Origin: Thermoplasmata archaeon
GTDB lineage: Archaea > Thermoplasmatota > Thermoplasmata > Lutacidiplasmatales > UBA184
Assembly: GCA_027315165.1 (NCBI GenBank)
Contig: DAHUYN010000009.1
Span: 8,770 to 72,769 of the forward strand
Reading direction: 5' to 3'
Length of the DNA stretch: 64,000 nt
The notes beneath the pieces are model-generated. The model searched no databases and had not been told where the DNA came from. It worked only from the letters and a program-made list of their open reading frames with translations. Shown piece after piece: positions 36,575-43,948 of this stretch. Position 1 is the stretch's first letter. The number at the start of each line of letters is the position of its first letter. Position numbers and translations under genes: made by a program.

Positions 36575-37261
36575 CTAGGGCGCGCGGTCGGCCGGAAGGT
36601 CGTAGCGCAGGACGGGGTTCTCGATGTACTCAAAGACCTTGTCGACGCCGCGCTCGAGGGCGACCCGGTAGGCGAGCCGGAGCGTCTCGGCGGTCTCCTC
36701 GGGAGTGGGCGGGGGGATCACGGCCACGAGGGTCGCCACGGGCGTCACGTGCCGGTCGAGACAGACGAGCGACAGGCTCGCTTCCGGAAACGCGAGCTGG
36801 AAGAGGCGCAGCTGCAGCGCCACGTCCGGCGGCGGCGGGAGCGCGCGGTAGGTCTTGAGCTCGTACACGCAGGCGCGACCGTCCCAGAAGTCGGGCTGCG
36901 CGTAGACCCCGACGCGCCCACCGATCAGGAGGAGGCGCGAGCGGGGACGGGCGAGCCCGAACAGTACGCTCTGGCGGAAGGCACGGACCACGCCCGGGAC
37001 GACCGCGAGCGCCTTCCCGCGCTCCTCCGGGGAAGCCTCGACGCCGGCCGCCGCGATCTCGTCGTCGAACGTCTCGGCGGCGAGCGCCTCAAGGGCCTGG
37101 GTCCCGATGCGGCGGGTCTGCGCCCGTTCGTGACTGAGCCGAGAGAGCGTTGCGTCGAGCGCCTTCCCCGCGGCGCGGCCGATCTCTCGGCCCTCCTCGA
37201 CCGGCCTCGGGTACGCCACCTGCACGACCTCGTGGGTGGCGACGGTCCGGACGGTCGTCAT
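36575..37261 (-). CDS. Hypothetical protein with PD-(D/E)XK nuclease-like motif
   Basis: AQPDF...YELKT...QLRLF (PD..ExK..QxxxF/Y). Confidence 0.6.
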   Translation of the reverse strand: MTTVRTVATHEVVQVAYPRPVEEGREIGRAAGKALDATLSRLSHERAQTRRIGTQALEALAAETFDDEIAAAGVEASPEERGKALAVVPGVVRAFRQSVLFGLARPRSRLLLIGGRVGVYAQPDFWDGRACVYELKTYRALPPPPDVALQLRLFQLAFPEASLSLVCLDRHVTPVATLVAVIPPPTPEETAETLRLAYRVALERGVDKVFEYIENPVLRYDLPADRAP

Positions 37262-37635
37262 CGGCGCGGAGCCCCTTCGGAGGACCGCCCTCTCGGCGGG
37301 GCCCGGGAACCTCCGGCGCTCGGGCGGGGCGGAGCCTCGGCGCTCGACACTCGGACCCGACCCTCCGCGTCGGGAGGAGAGTCGGTGGCGCGGATGAACG
37401 TTCTCGATCCGTCGGAGGCGGCTCGAGCGACCCCGGTCGGGGTGCGGCGGGCCGGCGAGGGCCCGAGGGCGCGTCGGCTCGCGCTCCGGCCGCCGCGGTC
37501 TCCTCGGGGCCGTGGGGTCCCCGGCCCCACGCGGCCGACGACCCTCGCGTTTCTCGGGTCGTCCCGCCGACACCGCGACGCGTCACGGCGGGAGCGCGCC
37601 CCTTTTAGGCCGAGGAGCGGTCCCACGGGGAAGCG

Positions 37636-38625
37636 ATGGCCGTCGTCTCGAAGACCCCTTTCCGGCTCACCTTCGCCGGAGGCGGCACCGACCTGCCCGC
37701 CTACTACGAGACCCACGGCCCCGGGGCGTGCGTCGCGGGCGCGATGGACAAGGGCATCTACGTGATGGTCGTCGAGAACTTCAACGCCGAGGAGATCCGC
37801 GTCAGCTACCGCATCACCGAGGATGCGAAGCGGAGCGTCGACGAGATCTCCCACGGGTCGATCCGCGAGGCCCTGCGGCTCCTCGCGATCCCGAGCGGCG
37901 TCCAGGTGATCACGGCGACACAGATGCCGTCGCGCGGCACCGGGATCGGCTCGTCGAGCAGCTGCGCGGTCGGGGTCCTCCACGCCCTGCACGCCTGGAA
38001 GGGGGAGCGCGTCGGGCCCCGTCAGCTCGCCCGAGAGGCCGTCCGCATCGAGCGGGAGCGCCTCCACGAGCCCGGCGGGATCCAGGACCAGTACGCGGCG
38101 GCGTACGGCGGCCTCAACCGGATCGAGGTCGAGCGCGACGGCACGGTCTCGGTGCACAGCCTCGCCATCGACCACGATGCGCTCGACCGCCTCAACGAGC
38201 ACCTGATGCTGTTCTTCACCGGTCGGGAGCGACGGTCGACGGAGATCCACGCCAGCCAGGTCAACCAGATCGACGCGCACCTGGCCGAGTACGACCGGAT
38301 GCGCGACCTCGCGCTCGCGACCGCGAAGGCGCTCGAGCGGCTCGACCTCCCCGAGCTCGGGCGACTGATGGACGAGAACTGGGAGCTGAAGAAGCGGCTC
38401 GCGGCGGGCATCAGCAACCCCGAGGTCGACCGGGCCTACTCGATCGCCCGGGAGAACGGCGCGTTCGGGGGGAAGCTCCTCGGCGCCGGAGGCGGGGGAT
38501 TCCTCTTCTTCCTCGTTCCCCCCGAGCGCCAGCGCGCCGTCCGCCAGTCCCTCGAGTCGCTCGGACTCGTCCCGAAGACCGTCCGCCTCGACATCGCGGG
38601 CAGCACGATCGTGCACGAGGAGTAG
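37636..38625 (+). CDS. GHMP kinase, heptose-7-phosphate kinase (HddA)-like
   Basis: PFRLTFAGGGTD, PSRGTGIGSSS, GIQDQY..AYGG, KLLGAGGGGF. Confidence 0.88.
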   Translation: MAVVSKTPFRLTFAGGGTDLPAYYETHGPGACVAGAMDKGIYVMVVENFNAEEIRVSYRITEDAKRSVDEISHGSIREALRLLAIPSGVQVITATQMPSRGTGIGSSSSCAVGVLHALHAWKGERVGPRQLAREAVRIERERLHEPGGIQDQYAAAYGGLNRIEVERDGTVSVHSLAIDHDALDRLNEHLMLFFTGRERRSTEIHASQVNQIDAHLAEYDRMRDLALATAKALERLDLPELGRLMDENWELKKRLAAGISNPEVDRAYSIARENGAFGGKLLGAGGGGFLFFLVPPERQRAVRQSLESLGLVPKTVRLDIAGSTIVHEE

Positions 38626-38647
38626 CGCCTCGGGCGACGGCGCCCGT

Positions 38648-39316
38648 TCAGACCGCCGACGGCTTCGGCCCCGCGCGTGTCGACCCCTGGAGACGGCGGA
38701 GCGTCTCGTAGGCCCTCGGCACGTAGGCCTCCTCGAGGTAGAGGAGGAGCTCGGGGCTCGCCGTGAGGAGCTCGGCGACGACGACGTCGGCGAGCGAGAG
38801 CTCGCGCGTGACCCACGCGAGGAGCCCGCGCGTGCGGCTCGCCTCCGCGGGAAAGACGAGGCTGATCTCGGAGAGGTGCTCGAGGCGCTCGCAGAGCCGG
38901 AACCGAGAGAGGAGCGGGAGGAGGGCCCGCTCGCGAGCCTCGTCGACGAACAGCTTGATCGTCGAGGTTCCGACGACGATCTTGAGGGTGTCGCCGCGGT
39001 CGTAGTCGATCTCGGCGATCACCCGCTCCAATCGGTGGAGGAGCTCCTTGTCCTTCTCGAAGCTGAGGACGACGATCCGGTCCTTGAGCGCCATCCGCAT
39101 CTCGGACGTGAGCGGTCGGGCCGAGGGCTCCGGGCTCCCGAAGTCGTGGCGGCGCAGCGTCGCCACGAGCGCGTCGACCTGGTCCCGACCGGCGACGCCC
39201 CGCGCGATGAGGTAGCGGGCGAGGGCGCGTCGGTTGACGATCCCCTTGCGGGAGCACTTCTCGATCTCCGGCTCGCGGTTGAGGAGCGCCTGGAGCCCGA
39301 GTTCTATTTGTGACAT
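38648..39316 (-). CDS. Archaeal putative regulator with C-terminal ACT-like domain
   Basis: GIVNRRALARYL N-domain. C-terminal TRGLLAWVTRELS...ELL (ACT-like). Confidence 0.7.
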   Translation of the reverse strand: MSQIELGLQALLNREPEIEKCSRKGIVNRRALARYLIARGVAGRDQVDALVATLRRHDFGSPEPSARPLTSEMRMALKDRIVVLSFEKDKELLHRLERVIAEIDYDRGDTLKIVVGTSTIKLFVDEARERALLPLLSRFRLCERLEHLSEISLVFPAEASRTRGLLAWVTRELSLADVVVAELLTASPELLLYLEEAYVPRAYETLRRLQGSTRAGPKPSAV

Positions 39317-39340
39317 TATCCTACGAAGAAGGCTATTCTA

Positions 39341-39379
39341 TCTTAACATGTGCCATCCATGCCACGGGTGGGATATACC
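39341..39379. promoter_or_regulatory. Divergent TATA-like elements
   Basis: GTTAAG on the minus strand (39342-39347) and GATATACC on the plus strand (39372-39379). Each is about 26-30 nt upstream of a start codon. Confidence 0.5.
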
Positions 39380-39407
39380 GGTGCCCCGCCCTGGGTCGTG
39401 AGGACCG

Positions 39408-40748
39408 ATGGACGAGCCGATCCGTATCCTCCTCGGGGAGGACGAGATCCCGCGCCGCTGGTACAATCTGATCGCCGACCTGCCGGTCCGGCCGCCACCG
39501 CCGCTCCACCCGGCGACGCGCGCGCCGGTCACGCCCGACGACCTCGCCGGGGTCTTTGCGCGCGAATTGATCGCGCAGGAGGCCACGCAGGAGCGCTGGA
39601 TCCCGGTCCCCGAGGAGGTCCGCGATGCCTACCGGCTCCTCAACCGGCCCACCCCCCTCCAACGCGCGGTCCGGCTCGAACGCTACCTGAGGACCCCGGC
39701 TCGGATCTACTTCAAGCGCGAGGACCTGAGCCCGACCGGAAGCCACAAGGCGAACACGGCGTTCCCGCAGGCCTACTACAACGCGCGCGAGGGCGTCGAG
39801 CAGCTCGTGACGGAGACCGGCGCGGGCCAGTGGGGGACCGCGCTCGCCCTGGCCGCCCGGCACTTCGGCGTGGGCTGCAAGGTCTTCATGGTGCGGAGCA
39901 GCTTTGAGCACAAGCCCTACCGGCGCCACGTGATGCGCCTCTACGGCGCCGACGTCTCCCCCTCGCCCGGCCCGGAGACGACGTTCGGGCGGCGGCTCCT
40001 CGAGCGGGAGCCGGAGCATCCCGGGTCCCTGGGGGTCGCGATCAGCGACGCGCTCGAGTACGCCGTCGGGAGCCCGACCCGCCGCTACGCGCTCGGGAGC
40101 GTCCTCAACCATGTCCTCCTGCACCAGAGCGTCATCGGCCTCGAGGTCCAGCAGCAGTTCGCGAAGATCGACGTCGTCCCGGACCACATCGTCGGCTGTG
40201 TCGGCGGTGGCAGCAATTTCGCGGGGTTCGCCTACCCGATGCTCGGCGAGACGCTCCGTCGGGGCGGCGAGGGGCCGGAGTTCCTCGCCGTCGAGCCGAC
40301 GGCGGTCCCCTCGATGACGCGCGGGCGGTACGAATACGACTTCGGGGACACGGCCGGGCGGACCCCGCTGCTCAAGATGTTCACGCTCGGGGCGTCCTTC
40401 GTTCCCTCGCCCATCCACGCCGGAGGGCTACGGTACCACGGCGTCGCTCCGTCGCTCAGCGCGCTCGTCGACGCCGGCCGCGTCCGACCCCTCGCCGTCG
40501 GCCAGGCGGAGAGCTTCGAGGCCGGAGTGCTGTTCGCCCGAACCGAGGGGATCGTACCGGCGCCGGAGTCGGCCCATGCGGTGCGCGCCGCCATCGACCT
40601 CGCCCTCGAGGCCAAGCGGACCGGCGAGGCGAAGGTGATCGCGTTCAACCTCTCGGGGCACGGGCTCTTCGACCTCGCCGGCTACGCCGAGCATCTGGAG
40701 GGCCGGCTCGGCGTCGCCGCCGGGACCGGGACAGTCGTTCCGGCGTGA
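39408..40748 (+). CDS. trpB2: Tryptophan synthase beta chain 2 (TrpB2, TrpB-like PLP enzyme)
   Basis: WYNLIADLP, RPTPL, SPTGSHKAN (PLP Lys), ETGAGQWG, GGGSNF, IHAGGLRYHG, NLSGHG. Confidence 0.95.
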   Translation: MDEPIRILLGEDEIPRRWYNLIADLPVRPPPPLHPATRAPVTPDDLAGVFARELIAQEATQERWIPVPEEVRDAYRLLNRPTPLQRAVRLERYLRTPARIYFKREDLSPTGSHKANTAFPQAYYNAREGVEQLVTETGAGQWGTALALAARHFGVGCKVFMVRSSFEHKPYRRHVMRLYGADVSPSPGPETTFGRRLLEREPEHPGSLGVAISDALEYAVGSPTRRYALGSVLNHVLLHQSVIGLEVQQQFAKIDVVPDHIVGCVGGGSNFAGFAYPMLGETLRRGGEGPEFLAVEPTAVPSMTRGRYEYDFGDTAGRTPLLKMFTLGASFVPSPIHAGGLRYHGVAPSLSALVDAGRVRPLAVGQAESFEAGVLFARTEGIVPAPESAHAVRAAIDLALEAKRTGEAKVIAFNLSGHGLFDLAGYAEHLEGRLGVAAGTGTVVPA

Positions 40749-40772
40749 CCGGAGCCGGCCCCCGCGCCGCGC

Positions 40773-41039
40773 TTACGCCGGCTTCTCGGGCGGGCTAGCG
40801 TCCTTGGGGGGTGCCTCCGCCGCCTTCGAGCTCCGGGCGGCGTGGCGCTTGACGTAGCGAGCTCCAAGGGCGATGCCCACGAGGCCGAAGACGAGGCCGA
40901 AGGCGAGGGCGGCGACGAACAGCGCGAGGAGACCGCCCGAGAGCGAGGAGAGGTCGATGTAGCCGAGCTGCTGACCGAGGAGGACGACCGCGAGGCCGAA
41001 GACGACGCCGCTCGCGGCCCCCGAGCTACCGGCGCCCAC
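40773..41039 (-). CDS. Small membrane protein
   Basis: Two hydrophobic helices. Translationally coupled to the upstream gene. Confidence 0.6.
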   Translation of the reverse strand: MGAGSSGAASGVVFGLAVVLLGQQLGYIDLSSLSGGLLALFVAALAFGLVFGLVGIALGARYVKRHAARSSKAAEAPPKDASPPEKPA

Positions 41040-41824
41040 TAGCGGCCCCCCTTATCCCCGGCGTCCGACTCGTTCGCGTCCTCGCCGCGACGGCGCGGCG
41101 CCGCATGCGGACCCACGCGCGCGAGCGAGTAGAGCTCGTAGGCGGCGATCAGGGCGAGCCCGACGGTCGCGAGGGTGAGCTGGTCGGGCGCGGTCACGTG
41201 GAGGAAGAAGTTCTCGGACCAGAGCGTCCCGTTGCCGACGGAGACGATCTGCGCGGTGACCTCGTAGACGCCCTCGATCAGGTACTGGCCCGAGGTGAGG
41301 TCCGCGCCGAGGGTCGTGTTGTCGATGGCGCGCGCGTCCGCGGGCTGGAACACCTGGTCACGCGACCAGACCTGCTGGCCGAGGTAGACGACGTGGAGCT
41401 GCACGCTCGAGACGGACTCGCTCGCGCTGAGGAGGCTCGGTCCCCCCTGGCTCCAGGAGAACACGACGCTCGCCGGGTCCCCGAACGACGTCGGGATCGC
41501 CGACGCGGCGGTCCCCGCGCCCGCGACGTTCTGCCCGTTCCAGGTCACCGTCGCCGAGAAGCCGGGCGCACCCGCAGCCCGCGGGGCCGCGCCCGCACCG
41601 GTCGAGGTGGGAGAGTTCGCGGAGGCCGGAACGGCGAGCCACGGAAGGAGGGCGACGGCGACGACGAGGAGCACCAGCGTCGCCGTCGGACGCGCCGCGC
41701 TTGGAGAGGAACCGTGCACAGTGTCGTAGGAGGTACCGAGAGGGACGATATCTACGTTTGCCGAGACCGGTCCGCTCTCCTCGGCCCCCCCCGGCGGGGC
41801 TCTCGCGTCGTCTCTCGGTCCCAC
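41039..41824 (-). CDS. Secreted protein with C-terminal membrane anchor
   Basis: Signal-like LVLLVVAVALLPWLAVPASA, beta-rich domain, C-terminal TM plus RRR. The true start is probably near 41719. Confidence 0.7.
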   Translation of the reverse strand: MGPRDDARAPPGGAEESGPVSANVDIVPLGTSYDTVHGSSPSAARPTATLVLLVVAVALLPWLAVPASANSPTSTGAGAAPRAAGAPGFSATVTWNGQNVAGAGTAASAIPTSFGDPASVVFSWSQGGPSLLSASESVSSVQLHVVYLGQQVWSRDQVFQPADARAIDNTTLGADLTSGQYLIEGVYEVTAQIVSVGNGTLWSENFFLHVTAPDQLTLATVGLALIAAYELYSLARVGPHAAPRRRGEDANESDAGDKGGR

Positions 41825-41870
41825 GGCGGACGCCCGGCAGCGGGGCTCCTGACCCCGCCGGAGGCTTTCG

Positions 41871-42899
41871 TCAGCGGCGGGTCGGTGCGAACGGCGCCCG
41901 GGGCGCCGTCCTCTCTGTCGGGCCGAACGAGTTCGCGAACCGCTCGAGGCCGGCGCGCATCTCGTCCGTGTCGAGACCGACGTAATGGGCCGTCATGTCG
42001 ACGGAGGCGTGCCCGAGGAGGTTCTTCAGCTGCACGAGGTCCATACCTGCCGCGTGGGCGAGCCGGCCGAACGTCCGTCGGAGGTCATGGTGGGAGACGC
42101 GAACCCCCTCCGCGGTGAGCCCGCTCTGCCTCGCCGCCCGCTGGAGCAGCAGGTCGGCCCCGGACCGGGAGATCGGGAACACCCTCGCCTCCTCGGGGGC
42201 ACCAAGAACGAGCCGCGCGAGCTCGTCGCCGACGGCCGGGTGCATCGGGATGCGACGCCACTTGCCGCCGTTCCGGCCCTTTCCGAGCACGCGCAGGCAG
42301 CGCTCGTCGAACAGGACGTCCTTCGCCCTCAGGCGCAGCAGCTCGACCCGGCGGAGCCCGTTGAACCCCTCGAGGAGGACGAGGGCGCGAGCACGGCCTC
42401 GCGGGATCCGCGAGAGACGTTCGAGGGCCTCGCGGGAGATCCAGCGGCGACGGCCGGGCTCGCCGGAGGGAAGCCGCCAGGGCGCCTTTGCCGTGGCGAG
42501 GGGATTCCGCGCCCAGGCGAGGAACTGGCGCAGGGCCGCGAAGTGGACGGAGTAGGTCGCTCGCTCCCAGCGGCACGCGCGTCGTAGGGCGTCGAGGTCC
42601 GCTTGAGAGACCTCCCGCGGGGACCGGAGCCCAGGGCGCGGACCCCGGGCGAGCCGGGGGAATCGGAGCAACTCCCAGCGCATCCGGCGCTGCCAGAGCT
42701 CCCCGACGGGCGCCTCGCGCTGCTTGTCGACGAGGAAGCGCTCGACCGACCGTCGCCAGCGGTCCGGGTCCGCCCGGCGCCCCCGCCGGCGGGCCGCCCG
42801 GAGGCGCGTCGTGCGCTCTCCCGGCCGCGACGGACGCGCCCGGGCCCTCGCGTCTCGCCCGGGCGACGGGCCCACCCCTGGCGGACCGTGCCGTGACAT
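41871..42899 (-). CDS. Tyrosine recombinase/integrase
   Basis: GLRRVE, GKG..GGKWR, HHDLRR, LLGH, HY (complete R-K-H-R-H-Y set). Confidence 0.9.
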   Translation of the reverse strand: MSRHGPPGVGPSPGRDARARARPSRPGERTTRLRAARRRGRRADPDRWRRSVERFLVDKQREAPVGELWQRRMRWELLRFPRLARGPRPGLRSPREVSQADLDALRRACRWERATYSVHFAALRQFLAWARNPLATAKAPWRLPSGEPGRRRWISREALERLSRIPRGRARALVLLEGFNGLRRVELLRLRAKDVLFDERCLRVLGKGRNGGKWRRIPMHPAVGDELARLVLGAPEEARVFPISRSGADLLLQRAARQSGLTAEGVRVSHHDLRRTFGRLAHAAGMDLVQLKNLLGHASVDMTAHYVGLDTDEMRAGLERFANSFGPTERTAPRAPFAPTRR

Positions 42900-42974
42900 C
42901 GTCGGAGGGAGCGTGGCCCCCCGGGTGGGTGACGCTGGGCCCGCCGCTGAACGCTGAACCGTGACGGGGGCGGG

Positions 42975-43235
42975 CTACGACCGGCGACCCGCCGCGCGCG
43001 TCGGGCTCGGCGCGAGCCGCACACCCTCGGGGCCCTCGGTCGTGCTTCCGTCGAGACGACTGTACTCGAGCATGCGGTTCAGCCCCGCGAGCGAGATGCG
43101 GTGGCCGCGACGCGCGAGCGCCTCGAGGAGCGGACGGCGCCGCATCGGCCCCGGCTCGCCCCGCAGGATCTCGAGGACCGCCTCGACGGACCCCGCCGGG
43201 ATCCCGTCGAGCCGGGCCTTCTCCGGCGCGGACAC
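42975..43235 (-). CDS. Small winged-HTH-like protein
   Basis: VLEILRGEPGPMRRRPLLEAL.RRGHRISLAGLNRML, a wHTH-like pattern. Lies upstream of the integrase. Confidence 0.55.
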   Translation of the reverse strand: MSAPEKARLDGIPAGSVEAVLEILRGEPGPMRRRPLLEALARRGHRISLAGLNRMLEYSRLDGSTTEGPEGVRLAPSPTRAAGRRS

Positions 43236-43337
43236 GGTGGGCCAAGGCCGCGATCGCTAAGGCGGCTTTGCCCGAACCCGGCGTCCGCGCAGCCCCCGCG
43301 CCGAAACTCTCTTCTCACGGCGTCCGCTGCACGGCGC

Positions 43338-43835
43338 ATGGGGCGCCTCGCCGAGGTCCGACGGCTCACCGCCTACGATCGGGGGGTCTTTGACAAGTTC
43401 GAGCGGGCCATCGCGCGACGCGGGTGGGCCGAGGCGACGAAGAACCGGGAGATCGGACACCTCACGCTCAAGGACACGCTCGTCCACATCCTCAACGTCC
43501 ACGAGGCCTGGCTCGTCGCGGTCGCGCAGGGCCGCTGGGAGGTCTTCGACGACCCGAACCGCAAAGGGGCCGCCGTCCGGAGCTTCGCGGACCTTTGGGC
43601 CTACCGGCGCCGTGTGCGGGACGGCGAGGACGCCCTGCTCGCCGGACTGACGGAGCGCCGCCTGGCCGGCGCCCTCCAGGCGCCCTGGATGCCCGGTCGT
43701 TACACGCTCGACGACGCCTTCCACCAGGTCTCCTACGAGCAGGCGCACCACCTCGGCGAGATCATCGGGGCACTCTGGCAGGCCGACCGGGCGCCGCCCC
43801 CGATGACCTGGATCGAGAACCTTCCCCGGCGCTGA
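43338..43835 (+). CDS. DinB family protein
   Basis: TLKDTLVHILNVHEAW and EQAHHLGEI. Confidence 0.85.
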   Translation: MGRLAEVRRLTAYDRGVFDKFERAIARRGWAEATKNREIGHLTLKDTLVHILNVHEAWLVAVAQGRWEVFDDPNRKGAAVRSFADLWAYRRRVRDGEDALLAGLTERRLAGALQAPWMPGRYTLDDAFHQVSYEQAHHLGEIIGALWQADRAPPPMTWIENLPRR

Positions 43836-43948
43836 GCCCCTCGGGGTTCGCTCCCGCGACGGCCCGTCGGCCGCCTCGAACGCCACCGGGCCCGGCCCGG
43901 GCGGCGCCCGGCGATCCCTCCCGAGGGAGGTCGACCGGAGTGACCGAT

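Noticed and set aside
37262-37635. Possible ncRNA in the GC-rich intergenic gap
   Set aside because: There are many short stems but no recognisable SRP, RNase P or C/D-box features. The pairing is explained by GC content.
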